Positions 10,385-21,150 of a stretch of 64,000 nucleotides of DNA are shown one piece after another (the first letter of the stretch is position 1; every line of letters begins with the position of its first letter). This stretch comes from Phyllobates terribilis. Its lineage: Eukaryota. The stretch lies in assembly GCF_046119375.1 (NCBI RefSeq), contig NW_027362769.1, positions 362,576,001-362,640,000 on the forward strand, in the 5' to 3' direction. The translations under genes were made by a program, and so were the position numbers. The notes beneath the pieces are model-generated. The model made no database searches. It worked only from the letters and a program-made list of their open reading frames with translations, and had not been told where the DNA came from.

Positions 10385-10718
10385 GTGGTTTACATCATAA
10401 GATGTGTCAGTTGTGATCTGTTATATGTGGGATGTACTATAAGAAAACTAAAACAGCGAGTGGCAGAACATCTTTCTGATATTTTTAATGTCACTAATCA
10501 TAACATTTCTTGTGCCTCCAGACATTTTATTGAGCAGCATAATAGAGACATCCTCATTTCAGGTCTTTGGCATTGAAAAACTTACCTCTGATCCTCGGGG
10601 CGGGGATAATAGGAGACGCCTGCTTCATCGAGAAGCATTTTGGATGTATCATCTGAACACTTGCCAACCAAAAGGACTAAATTTACGGAGGGAACTACTG
10701 TTCCATTACAGCGAGTAA
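10385..10718 (+). pseudogene. GIY-YIG endonuclease of the Penelope-like element (frameshifted)
   Basis: VYIIRCVSCDLLYVGCTIRKLKQRVAEH, then LLHREAFWMYHLNTCQPKGLN in the next frame. Confidence 0.85.
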
Positions 10719-10881
10719 CTTTTCTATGCATATGTGATTTCTTCTTTGTCATGTGATTGTTTTTATCATGCATATACTCTGTAAATTGGTTTTATATTTT
10801 TGTATGCTAATCTATGCATGTGACTTCCATTTTGTATGATTGGTGAACAATGGTTTATATACCATGGGTATGCCATTTGCA

Positions 10882-10936
10882 AGCCAGTCTTGACAAAAGA
10901 ACGCATCTTTAGCGTTCGAAACGCGTTGCCCTGGCT
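10882..10936 (+). ncRNA. Minimal type I hammerhead ribozyme variant (PLE-associated)
   Basis: Stem I AGCCAG/CTGGCT, variant core TCTTGACAA, stem II AACGC/GCGTT, CGAAA, palindromic stem III ACGCGT. Activity untested. Confidence 0.6.
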
Positions 10937-11117
10937 ACACTATGTAACTATGTAATCTGTTTTTAAAGAGCTTTTTCACAATAAAGAAAACTAATTATTG
11001 AGCTATTCATGAAGCTGGTAATCCTTTCTCTTTATGCTGTGCAGTGTAACCATAGACACCTCGGGGAGACAGGAGAGAACACAGGAGCAGCCACAGCTCT
11101 GATGCAGACGAGGTGGT

Positions 11118-11133
11118 GGTTCTTAGAAGAGCC
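11118..11133 (-). terminator. Histone 3' stem-loop of the H2B remnant (one stem mismatch)
   Basis: Minus strand GGCTCTTCTAAGAACC, followed by ACC and a downstream CAGAGCTGTG U7-type element (~11092-11101). Confidence 0.75.
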
Positions 11134-11166
11134 TTTGGGGTGATGGCGAGCAGCAGACGGAGCAGA

Positions 11167-11223
11167 TCACTTGGCGCTGCTGTACTTGGTGACGGCCTTG
11201 GTGCCCTCGGACACGGCGTGCTT
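11167..11223 (-). pseudogene. H2B: Histone H2B C-terminal fragment (18 codons plus stop)
   Basis: Translates KHAVSEGTKAVTKYSSAK*, the canonical H2B C-terminus. The upstream coding region is absent. Confidence 0.9.
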
Positions 11224-11345
11224 TAGTGATGGGTAGCTCCTGAACGAGCCGGCTCTAAGAGCCGGCTCTTTATAGTGAATCATATGAGTCGGCTCCTGGC
11301 AGGGAGCCAATTGAAATTTAAACGGCTCTTTGCCAGTTCACGTTC
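11224..11345. mobile_element. Probable hAT-type transposon terminus
   Basis: Begins TAGTGATGGG, like the other TAG(A/T)G(A/T)TG termini in the window, with repeated palindromic GAGCCGGCTC subterminal motifs. The other end was not found. Confidence 0.5.
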
Positions 11346-12634
11346 CACAGTCAGTCCCCTCTGGCCCCGCCCCTCCCGGCAGTAGTCACTCTGATCTTAT
11401 CCAGGAGACTGAGAATGCCTGCTCCTCCTGCTGCCGCACATAGCACTGACTCACAGCCCCGCCCCCTCCAATCTGTGACAAGCAAGCAGCAGTCAGGCAC
11501 TTTATTAAAGGAACACTGACATCTGGATTTAGCCTGATTATAGTTATTTACCGCCAGTTTGTAAATCCTCGCTGAGCGAGGGAGAAACAGCGGATGGAAA
11601 TGTGCGTCCCTTGTTCTCTCTCATTCACTTGAATGGAAGAGAACAAATGATCCAGCGATGCATATGGGCAGGGCAGATAAGGATCGCTTAAGTGTCTTAT
11701 AACAGGGACACCAGGCGATATATAGATACTACACAATCTATTCTATACTGTATGGTTTATTATAGATTAGAAAAGTAAAGCATTACATAGGACATCCAGG
11801 AAGCCCCTCATTCACCCACGTAATATTCTAGGCTGATTCCCAGTGGTGTCAACGCCGATCTTATCACAGACTAATACGAGCCTGATGTGAGCGCCGCCGG
11901 GTCTGGTGTGTGGGAAATCTCCGCTTCTGTAAAGCATGTATAAGTGTGGAGCGGGGATCAGCACACAGCCGGCTAATAGAGAGTTAAACGGTGGAGGAAA
12001 CATTTGTATCTGGTATTGATCGGCGCCTGCTGAGGTCTGTCTGGCATTCACTGATCACAGATCCGTTGGTGGTTTTGAATTTGCCGCTCAATCGTTGTTC
12101 TTTGTGCGTCGGATTATTACCGGCCCCTCTGCTTGTAGCGGAGATCGCAATGCGGTCTGGGGACAGCTCTACCCCTCTGAGAATACAGGGCAGAGCATCT
12201 TGCCCCAAACACGGTGATCGTTCTATTCAGAAAGAGGTTGGGCCTCCCATTAATTTTTTGTGGTGTTATGATTATGAACCTTCAGCGGCCTCCATATACA
12301 CTGAGCCTGATACAAGCCCCGTCCTCAATCACAGGATCTTAGGTTTCCTTTCTGTAAGCAGCACTCGGAACATCCGGATGCGGATACTGCTTCCTTGACT
12401 CAGGAGAACTACAGATTCCTGTATGGAACACAATAGGTTAAAGAAGTTACATCATTCCAATCACAACAAACTTTTAACCCTTCAGTGCCAGTATTCTCAG
12501 AGTTCGTTCTCAACAATGAGTGAACATTTAAACTCCTTGTGAACAGCGTGTAAAGCTTGTACTGGCATTCACACAAGCACAGGGATTATTATTCCACAAC
12601 AGGAGATTGTAGCCTCTCATCTAGAAGATGTGGT

Positions 12635-12650
12635 GGCTCTGAAAAGAGCC
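12635..12650 (-). terminator. Histone 3' stem-loop of H4 (canonical)
   Basis: Minus strand GGCTCTTTTCAGAGCC with AAACCC-like 5' flank and ACC 3' flank. Confidence 0.95.
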
Positions 12651-12682
12651 TTTGGGTTGTCAGGATGGAGCAGAGAACACAA

Positions 12683-12997
<315 letters not shown>

Positions 12998-13029
12998 CTA
13001 CTGAGCAGAAAGCAATGCTAAAACAAACG

Positions 13030-13210
13030 GGCTCCTAATTTATATAGCGTATAGGTGGACCAGAGAGAAGACTGCAGAGATGACGCGGTCCAGGGCGGGT
13101 CTTACAGAATCTACATTAGCTCCTCCTTCCTCTGCTGATTGGCTGAACACTGAACTGCTGGGGAGTTTGAATTTCCCGCTCATTGTGCAGTTTCCGCAGC
13201 TTCTAATTAT
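13030..13210 (-). promoter_or_regulatory. H4 promoter
   Basis: Minus strand GGTCC 10 nt upstream of TATATAAA, GC box (CCCGCCC), CCAAT (~13138-13142), E2F-like GCGGGAAA (~13172-13179). Confidence 0.75.
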
Positions 13211-13996
13211 ATATGTTTTACCTGTGATGAGAAATGTTTCAGAAACAGTCTATAAATAAAAGTGCAGACACGACACCAGCTGCAAGTGATCTACACTTCA
13301 TATAGAAGCTTCAGATCACTGCTGAATATACCTATAACGGCACTGACAGTGATTAACCCCCCACTTCCATCATACCATATTCGTAACATGCTATTCACTA
13401 ATGTCCAGGAAGGGTCATTTCCGCACCTTACTACTCCCCTCATCATCCCTTGCATTCTGTACAATCTACATGTGACATTCTGGCTGCTCCCGTCGACTAA
13501 TCTATAGGATCCTGACTGAGCTCTGACATTTCTAAGATGGGCTTGTCACTTCAGATAGAATTGCTCTTGGGGTGCGGTGATGTGAGGAGGATTGTGGCAG
13601 CCAGGATTATTGCCTCTTCTAAGGACAGTGCAGGGAGGAAGCCGCGGTCAGCAGCACTGCTCCGATACTGACACCAGCTCATAAGCCGGGAATCCCCTTA
13701 GTCTGGCTTACAGAGGGTCTCTCCCTGCAAAAAAAATAATGGCAGGACAGTACTGATATCAATTGGGAACAGAATTCTTGCAGAAGATAAAGACAACAGC
13801 TCAGATTGGTCAAATAAAAAAGGAACCGTATAAATAACAAAATCACTGAGCAGCTGATTGATTCTCATTCCAGTGGTCCCATATCCAATGGAGAATACAC
13901 TGTGATCTGGAAGGTGACTACATGAATGTGCTCAGTGGAGTTTATCTATAGACCGGACACTTCTCTTCACAGCAGAAGTAGTAACACAATTACATG

Positions 13997-14090
13997 TAGA
14001 AGCTGCGGAAACTCCAAGGAGCGGGAAATTCAAACTCCCTAACGTCCTGTGTTCAGCCAATCAGCAGAGGAAGGGGAGGAGCTAATGTTA
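13997..14090 (+). promoter_or_regulatory. Inverted copy of the distal H4 promoter module with no gene behind it
   Basis: TAGAAGCTGCGGAAACT..GAGCGGGAAATTCAAACTCCC..GTGTTCAGCCAATCAGCAGAGGAAGG..GAGGAGCTAATGT matches the reverse complement of ~13113-13205. Confidence 0.8.
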
Positions 14091-14560
14091 ATAGTTACCG
14101 AATAGGAAGTTCCCGCTCAGGGGCTGATGGCTTTTTGTTCTTTGTCCTGGTTTAACACGTAGTTTCAGGACTGTCGGATATCAGGAAATTTGCTTGTGTT
14201 GAGCGATCAATGGTCTCTTGGTTCCATACAGGAATCTCTATCATGTTCCAGGGAACAGTATCCGCTTTCTATAAAAGTGCATAACTTTGATTCTAACATC
14301 GGTGACTCCATCACACCAGCAATATTTTCAAGATCAAACTCGTGCGGCTGATAGGAGTCAGCGAGTGTTCACAGGAGATAGCGCTGGATAATGGACGTCC
14401 TATAATGATCGCATCATATACACCAAGAAATCTGCGCATTTTTTCAAGATTCCTTCACAACACAGTCCAGACTCCAAATAGATTATATAAAGCTGACATT
14501 CAAGAATCAGGGCAGAGAAGCAGATGTGAGGGATTAGCTCGTCCTGAGGGAGGATTTGGT

Positions 14561-14576
14561 GGCTCTGAGAAGAGCC
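14561..14576 (-). terminator. Histone 3' stem-loop of H3
   Basis: Minus strand GGCTCTTCTCAGAGCC, perfect stem with TCTC loop. Confidence 0.9.
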
Positions 14577-14605
14577 TTTGTTATAGTCAGACGTGTAGGA
14601 CGGAT

Positions 14606-15070
<465 letters not shown>

Positions 15071-15902
15071 TTATACTCCTCTGCTCCTGTTACCGCGTCA
15101 TGTGAACACGCCCCCTGCACTGCATTGGTCAATTTGTAGAACAAGCCGACAAATAGTGTGCGATATCCGCGACCAATCATCGTTCAGAAACTCAGCCTAG
15201 AACTCAGTAACCCCATCCTCCAAAAGAGGGAGCGGGGTCTGTCCAGTTCACACTCATTACCAGCTGCTCTGATCAACATGCGGCTTCTAGAGCAGGAGCC
15301 GCCGATGTCTCTCTATTCCCATGTTCTCCATACACGGAGCTGGACTATAGCTCCGCAGCCTTCACTCTCATTCCGGGCTATACTGATCTTCTTGGTCTCC
15401 CATAGGAATAATCCCCCCTTTACTAATTCAGACGCAGGTTATAAGGGTCGCAGCAGAAGTCTGCAGTAAGGATTGATGGGACGAGTGACAAGATTGCTGT
15501 AACACATCGGCCCTTCCCTTCTTGCGCTGTTGCCTATCGTTCTGCAGTCCATCCATACAATCCTGTCCCCAGTTCACGGACCTGTACAGTAGTCATCAGT
15601 CACATGCAGGGAGACGCTGGTTTTATAGGTCTCACATTGGAGTTAGAACCACACACACCTTCCTTAAACGAAATTAGTTACAAGGATCACAGCCATATCA
15701 AGTGGTGAAGATGTGACAAAGCTTAGGTAGGAGATCGGCTTCTTCCAGTCCCTCCATGACACATCACTCCTGATGTACAGACACCAGAGGGAGCGCTGCC
15801 TGGAAGACAAGTGACACCTGTGGTCGGGATACAGCGCAGCTCCGGGAGCGCTGCAGATTAGTAGAAAAGACCCTCTTTATAGAAAAACTGTTCTGCCAGA
15901 GA

Positions 15903-16620
15903 CAAGATGGTGGCTCTGTTTATACAGCTCTGCCGGGGACAAGGTGATGGCACTGATTATACAGCTCTGCAGGGTACAAGGTGGTGGCACTGATTATACA
16001 GCTCTGCCGAGGACAAAGTGATGGCACTGATAATACAGCTCTGCAGTGTACAAGGTGGTGGCACTGATTATACAGCTCTGCAGGGGACAAGGTGGTGGCA
16101 CTGATTATACAGCTCTGCAGGGGACAAGGTGGTGGCACTGATTATACAGCTCTGCAGGGTACAAGGTGGTGGCACTGATTATACAGCTCTGCCGAGGACA
16201 AGGTGATGGCACTGATAAGTCAGCTCTGCCGGGGACAAGGTGGTGGCACTGATTATACAGTTCTGCAGGGTACAAGGTGGTGGCACTGATTATACAGCTC
16301 TGCCGAGGACAAAGTGATGGCACTGATAATACAGCTCTGCAGGGTACAAGGTGGTGGCACTGATTATACAGCTCTGCAGGGGACAAGGTGGTGGCACTGA
16401 TTATACAGCTCTGCAGGGTACAAGGTGGTGGCACTGATTATACAGCTCTGCCAAGGACAAGGTGATGGCACTGATAATACAGCTCTGCCGGGGACAAGGT
16501 GGTGGCACGGATTATACAGCTCTCCCGAGGACAAGGTGATGGCACTGATAATACAGCTGTGCAGGGGACAAGGTGGTGGCACTGATTATACAGCTCTGCA
16601 GGGGACAAGGTGGTGGTTCT
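15903..16620. repeat. 37-bp minisatellite, ~19 units, directly downstream of H1
   Basis: Unit GGTGGTGGCACTGATTATACAGCTCTGCAGGGGACAA; contiguous with the H1 stem-loop. Confidence 0.95.
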
Positions 16621-16630
16621 GAAAAGAGCT
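16615..16630 (-). terminator. Histone 3' stem-loop of H1, degenerate
   Basis: Minus strand AGCTCTTTTCAGAACC; two of six stem pairs are mismatched relative to GGCTCTTTTCAGAGCC. Confidence 0.75.
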
Positions 16631-16660
16631 TTTGTGGTGTAATAACAGGGCGGCTTTGGC

Positions 16661-17305
16661 TTATTTCTTAGCCGCGGGCTTCTTGGCTTTAGCTGCCTTC
16701 TTAGCAGTACTCTTGGCAGCTTTGGGTTTGGCCGCTTTCTTAGCCGGACTCTTCGTCACCTTCTTGGGCTTCAGAGTGGCCTTTGGCTTCTTGGGGCTCT
16801 TGGTTGGCTTCTTGGCAGCTGCTGCGGGCTTCTTGGCCTTTTTCGGGCTGTTCTTGGCCACGGTCGGAGCCTTCTTGGGCTTCTTCGGAGACTTGGCGAC
16901 TTTCTTGGCTGCAGCGGATTTCTTGGGCTTGGCCGCTGCTGCTGACTTCTTCTTGGCCGCTTTGTCCTTAGTTTCCTGCTGCTTCTTGTTCAGCTTGAAG
17001 GACCCGGAGGCGCCGCTGCCCTTCACCTGGAGGAGGGCGCCCTTGGTGACCAGAGACTTGACGGCCAGCTTCAGGCGACTGTTGTTCTTCTCTACATCGT
17101 ATCCTCCGGCAGACAGAGCCTTCTTCAGGGTGGCCAGAGACACCCCACTGCGCTCCTTAGAGGCGGACACGGCTTTCACGATCAGATCGGAGACGCTGGG
17201 ACCGGAGGGTTTCTTGCTTTTCTTGGCGGATTTCTTCGGCTGCTTCTTGGATTTGGTGGTCGGTTCTGCGGGAGGGGGAGCGGCGGCTGGTGCGGTCTCT
17301 GCCAT
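16661..17305 (-). CDS. H1: Linker histone H1, intact (214 aa)
   Basis: [11 protein letters not shown]..., globular domain [74 protein letters not shown], and a Lys/Ala/Pro tail. The ATG at 17305 is preferred over the ORF-track start because TATA and CCAAT boxes lie at ~17365-17450. Confidence 0.97.
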   Translation of the reverse strand: MAETAPAAAPPPAEPTTKSKKQPKKSAKKSKKPSGPSVSDLIVKAVSASKERSGVSLATLKKALSAGGYDVEKNNSRLKLAVKSLVTKGALLQVKGSGASGSFKLNKKQQETKDKAAKKKSAAAAKPKKSAAAKKVAKSPKKPKKAPTVAKNSPKKAKKPAAAAKKPTKSPKKPKATLKPKKVTKSPAKKAAKPKAAKSTAKKAAKAKKPAAKK

Positions 17306-17540
17306 CGTGTGCTTCGGAACTAGAACACAAATATCTCCTGATAGGAAAACACTGAGGCCGGAGCTGGAGGCGCCTGTTATATGTACAGGCTTACTGCGCA
17401 CTGATTGGCTGCTGAGCTGCATCATCCTGAGCATCTATTGGCTGACACTGAGCACAGGCCCCGCCTCCTTCTAGCTGATTCCGAGTGGAGCTCCGCTCTC
17501 CCCTTGTGCTTCCCTGCCCGGGATAAAAGCCATACTTCCA

Positions 17541-18480
17541 TACTGCTGGCTTGATTGCACTTGAAATTGGGCCTTTTAGGCATGTGGAGGCAAACGCTGG
17601 CCACCATGTCATGGCTGCGTCGGCGGCCTGGTATCCATACTCAGTCCCCAGCTGCCCGGCAGCCGGGTGTCCACTCTCGGTCCCCTGCCGCCAAGGGGCG
17701 GCCGGGTGTCCATACTCGGTCCCCAGCCGCCCCGCGGCCGGATGTCCACACACGGTCCTCAGCTGCCTGGGGGTGGCCAGGTGTCCATAAACGATCCCCA
17801 GCCGCCCCTATTTGTCCTTGGAACTTCCCCCCACACTTTTCTTAGCCCGGCCTGCTTTAGGGCAGCATTGGACGAGCCCACCAGAGAACCAGACTCCTCC
17901 GGTGGGCCCTGGTTTCTCCATCAGGGGAGTTGAGAGTGCCAAGATGAGGAGCATGATCATGATTATAGAAGTTAGCATTTGCTTTGTTTTATTGGAATAC
18001 AACCGTAAGTGTGCAACCTGCCACCCACCAACCCCCAGGCTGCAATACCATACTGCTAGCTTTTGCACTTGAAATTGGGCCTTTTAGGCATGTGGAGGCA
18101 GACTCAGGCCACCATGTCATGGCTGCGTCGGCGGGCTGTATCCATACTCTGTCCCCAGCTGCCCGGCGGCCGGGTGTCCACGCTCGGTCTCCAGCCGCCA
18201 GGGGGCGGCCGGGTGTTCTTACACGGTCCCCAGCCGCCCCACGGCCGGGTGTCCACACACGGTCCCCAGCCGCCCCTATTTCTCCTTGGAACTTCCTCCC
18301 ACACTTTTCTTAGCCTGGCCTGCTTTAGGGTTGCATTGGACGAGCCCACCTGAGAACCAGATTCCTCCGGTGGGCCCTGGCTTCTCCATCAGGGGAGTTG
18401 AGAGTGCCAAGGTGAGGAGCATGATGATGATGATAGAAGTTAGCATCTGCTTTGCTTTCTTAGAATGCAAGCGCATGTAT
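17541..18480. repeat. Two diverged ~510-bp tandem copies with internal ~37-39-bp GC-rich sub-repeats
   Basis: ATACTGCT(G/A)GCTT..TTGCACTTGAAATTGGGCCTTTTAGGCATGTGGAGGCA recurs at ~17541 and ~18050, and downstream sequence stays colinear. Confidence 0.85.
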
Positions 18481-19064
18481 GTTGTAGCGGCTAGGCCTGA
18501 GGTGGTCAGCGTTTTGGCTCATATCCTACCTCCTCCGAGGATTGCTGGATATTTTCCTGCTACTATCCCAGTTCTTTGACTCCCGTTAAAACAAAGCTTC
18601 AGGTGATGAATGATGGATGAGGTGGTAGCAAAGGAGAAAGAGCAGGAGGAAGAGGGACCATTCACATCAATATCAGGCCAGTCAACCACACATGTCTTGT
18701 AGGATATGTTTCTGTACCAAAAGGAGCAGTTCGGCTACACAGTTATAGGGCATACAGTGAGTGCAATGTCTACCAAAAATTTTGAGGCACTCCAATGCCC
18801 CTTGGAAGTGATATGGAGGTCAGAGGGCCTTAACTAAACCGTTTTTTCCATTTATAGCAACTGGGTCTCCTGTGCACTGTTGGCCTAAGCAGTGAATGGA
18901 AGGCTTTCCAAAAATTATGAGGAACTGCAATGGCCATTGAAACAGACGTGGATTACAGCATACTAAAAAACTTCTACCCATTATTGGGGAGTGGGTCTCC
19001 CTTAGTGTTCGCCTATGCATTGAAAAGCAAAAGCTGACTAAAATTAGGAGGAAATGCAATGCCC

Positions 19065-21150
19065 GTTGGAAGAGTCATGGAGGTTAGAGTTAATCAAAAA
19101 CAACATTTCAATGCCTCTTGGAAGAGCTATGGAGTTCAGAATGGTTTAACAAGACAGTTTTAATGCCCCTTGGAAGAGCGGTGGAGGTCGCACTAGCTTA
19201 ACAAGATGGTTTTAATGCCCCTGGGAAAACTGGTGGAGGTCGCAGTAGCTTAACAAGACGGTTTTAATGTCTCTTGGAGAAGTGGTGGAGGTCTCAGTTG
19301 CTTAACAAGACGGTTTAAATGCCCCTTGGAAGAGACGTGGAGGTCGCAGTAGCTTCACAAGACGGTTTTAATGCCCATTGGAAGAATGGTGGAGGTCGCA
19401 GTAGCTTGACAAGACGGTTTAAATGCCCTTTGGAAGAGACGTGGAGGTCGCAGTAGCTTAAAAAGACGGTATTAATGCCCTTTGGAAGAGACGTGGAGGT
19501 CGCAGTAGCTTAGCAAGACGGTTTAAATGCCCCTTGGAAGAGATGTGGAGGTTGCAGTTGCTTAACAAGACAGTTTAAATGCCCCTTGGAAGAGATGTGT
19601 AGGTCGTAGTAGCTTAAAAAGACGGTTTTAATGCCCCTTGGAAGAGCGGTGGAGGTCGCAGTAGCTTAACAAGACTGTTTTAATGCCCCTTGGAAGAGAA
19701 GTGGAGGTCACAGTGGAATAAAAAGACAATATCAATGCCCCTTCAAAATGTGGTGGAGGTTGCCGTAGCTTAACAAGACGGTTTTAATGCCCCTGGGAAA
19801 AGTGGTGGAGGTCGCAGTTGCTTAACAAGAAGGTTTTAATGCCCCTTGGAAGAGACGTGGAGGTCGCAGTTGCTGAACAAGATGGTTTTAATGCCCCTTG
19901 GAAGAGCGGTGGAGGTCGCAGTAGCTAAACAAGATGGTTTTAATGCCCCTTGGAAGAGACGTGGAGGTTGCAGTAGCTTAACAAGACTGTTTAAATGCCC
20001 CTTGGAAGAGACGTGGAGGTTGCAGTAGCTTAACAAGACTGTTTAATTGCCCCTTGGAAGAGACGTGGAGGTAGCAGTAGCTTAACAAGACGGTTTTAAT
20101 GCCCCTTGGAGAAGTGGTGGACGTCGCAGTAGCTTAAGAAGACGGTTTTAATGCCCCTTGGAAGAGACGTGGAGGTCACAGTGGAATAAAAAGACAATAT
20201 CAATGCCCCTTGAAAATGTGGTGGAGGTTGCAGTAGATTAACAAGACGGTTTTAATGCCCCTGGGAAAAGTGGTGGAAGTCGCAGTAGCTTAACAAGAAG
20301 GTTTTAATGCCCCTTGGAAGAGACGTGGAGATCGCAGTAGCTGAACAAGATGGTTTTAATGCCCCTTGGAAGAGACGTGGAGGTCGTAGTAGCTTAAAAA
20401 GACGGTTTTAATGCCCCTTGGAAGAGCAGTGGAGGTCGCAGTAGCTTAACAAGACGGTTTTAATGCCCCTTGGAAGAGACGTGGAGGTCACAGTGGAATA
20501 AAAAGACAATATCAATGCCCCTTGAAAATGTGGTGGAGGTTGCAGTAGCTTAGCAAGACGGTTTTAGTGCCCCTGGGAAAAGTGGTGGAGGTCGCAGTAG
20601 CTTAACAAGAAGGTTTTAATGCCCCTTGGAAGAGACGTGGAGGTCGCAGTAGCTGAACAAGATGGTTTTAATGCCCCTTGGAAGAGACGTGGCGGTCGCA
20701 GTAGCTTAACAAGATGGTTTTAATGCCCCTTGGAAGAGACGTGGAGGTCGCAGTAGCTTAACAAGACTGTTTAAATGCCCCTTGGAAGAGACGTGGAGGT
20801 TGCAGTAGCTTAACAAGACTGTTTAATTGCCCCTTGGAAGAGACGTGGAGGTTGCAGTAGCTTAACAAGACGGTTTTAATGCCCCTTGGAGAAGTGGTGG
20901 AGGTCGCAGTAGCTTAAGAAGACGGTTTTAATGCCCCTTGGAAGAGACGTGGAGGTCACAGTGGAATAAAAAGACAATATCAATGCCCCTTGAAAATGTG
21001 GTGGAGGTTGCAGTAGCTTAACAAGACGGTTTTAATGCCCCTGGGAAAAGTGGTGGAGGTCGCAGTAGCTTAACAAGACGGTTTAAATGCCCCTTGGAAG
21101 AGACGTGGCGGTCGTAGTAGCTTAACCAGACGGTTTTAATGCCCCTTACA
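19065..21150. repeat. 52-bp satellite, ~40 units, with higher-order structure
   Basis: Unit AATGCCCCTTGGAAGAGACGTGGAGGTCGCAGTAGCTTAACAAGACGGTTTT; the variant unit CACAGTGGAATAAAAAGACAATATC recurs at 468/312/468-bp spacing. Confidence 0.95.

Larger units (their letters stand above)
8855..11040 (+). mobile_element. Penelope-like retroelement, 5'-truncated and frameshifted
   Basis: RT fragments followed by a GIY-YIG endonuclease, then a 3' region with a hammerhead-like motif and AATAAA (~10980). Boundaries are approximate. Confidence 0.85.

Noticed and set aside
11505-11530. TTAAAGGAACAC as a Kolobok/T2-MITE start
   Set aside because: No matching opposite terminus found; too short to support.
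15920-16622. Cys/His-rich ORFs in the 37-bp array, and the ORFs in the 153-bp and 383-bp repeats
   Set aside because: These are translations of tandem repeats that cycle through frames; not credible proteins.
17306-17434. N-terminal extension of H1 (and 15017-15070 for H3) suggested by the ORF track
   Set aside because: The upstream ATGs lie within or upstream of the TATA/CCAAT promoter region; the canonical starts are at 17305 and 15016.
16632-17474. 280-aa plus-strand ORF antisense to H1 (and its copy at 33919-34761)
   Set aside because: Shadow ORF caused by Lys/Ala/Pro codon usage of H1; low-complexity F/L/A sequence with no independent signals.
19065-21150. 52-bp array as a CRISPR array
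   Set aside because: Units are contiguous variants of one monomer with no unique spacers; the context is eukaryotic and has no cas genes.
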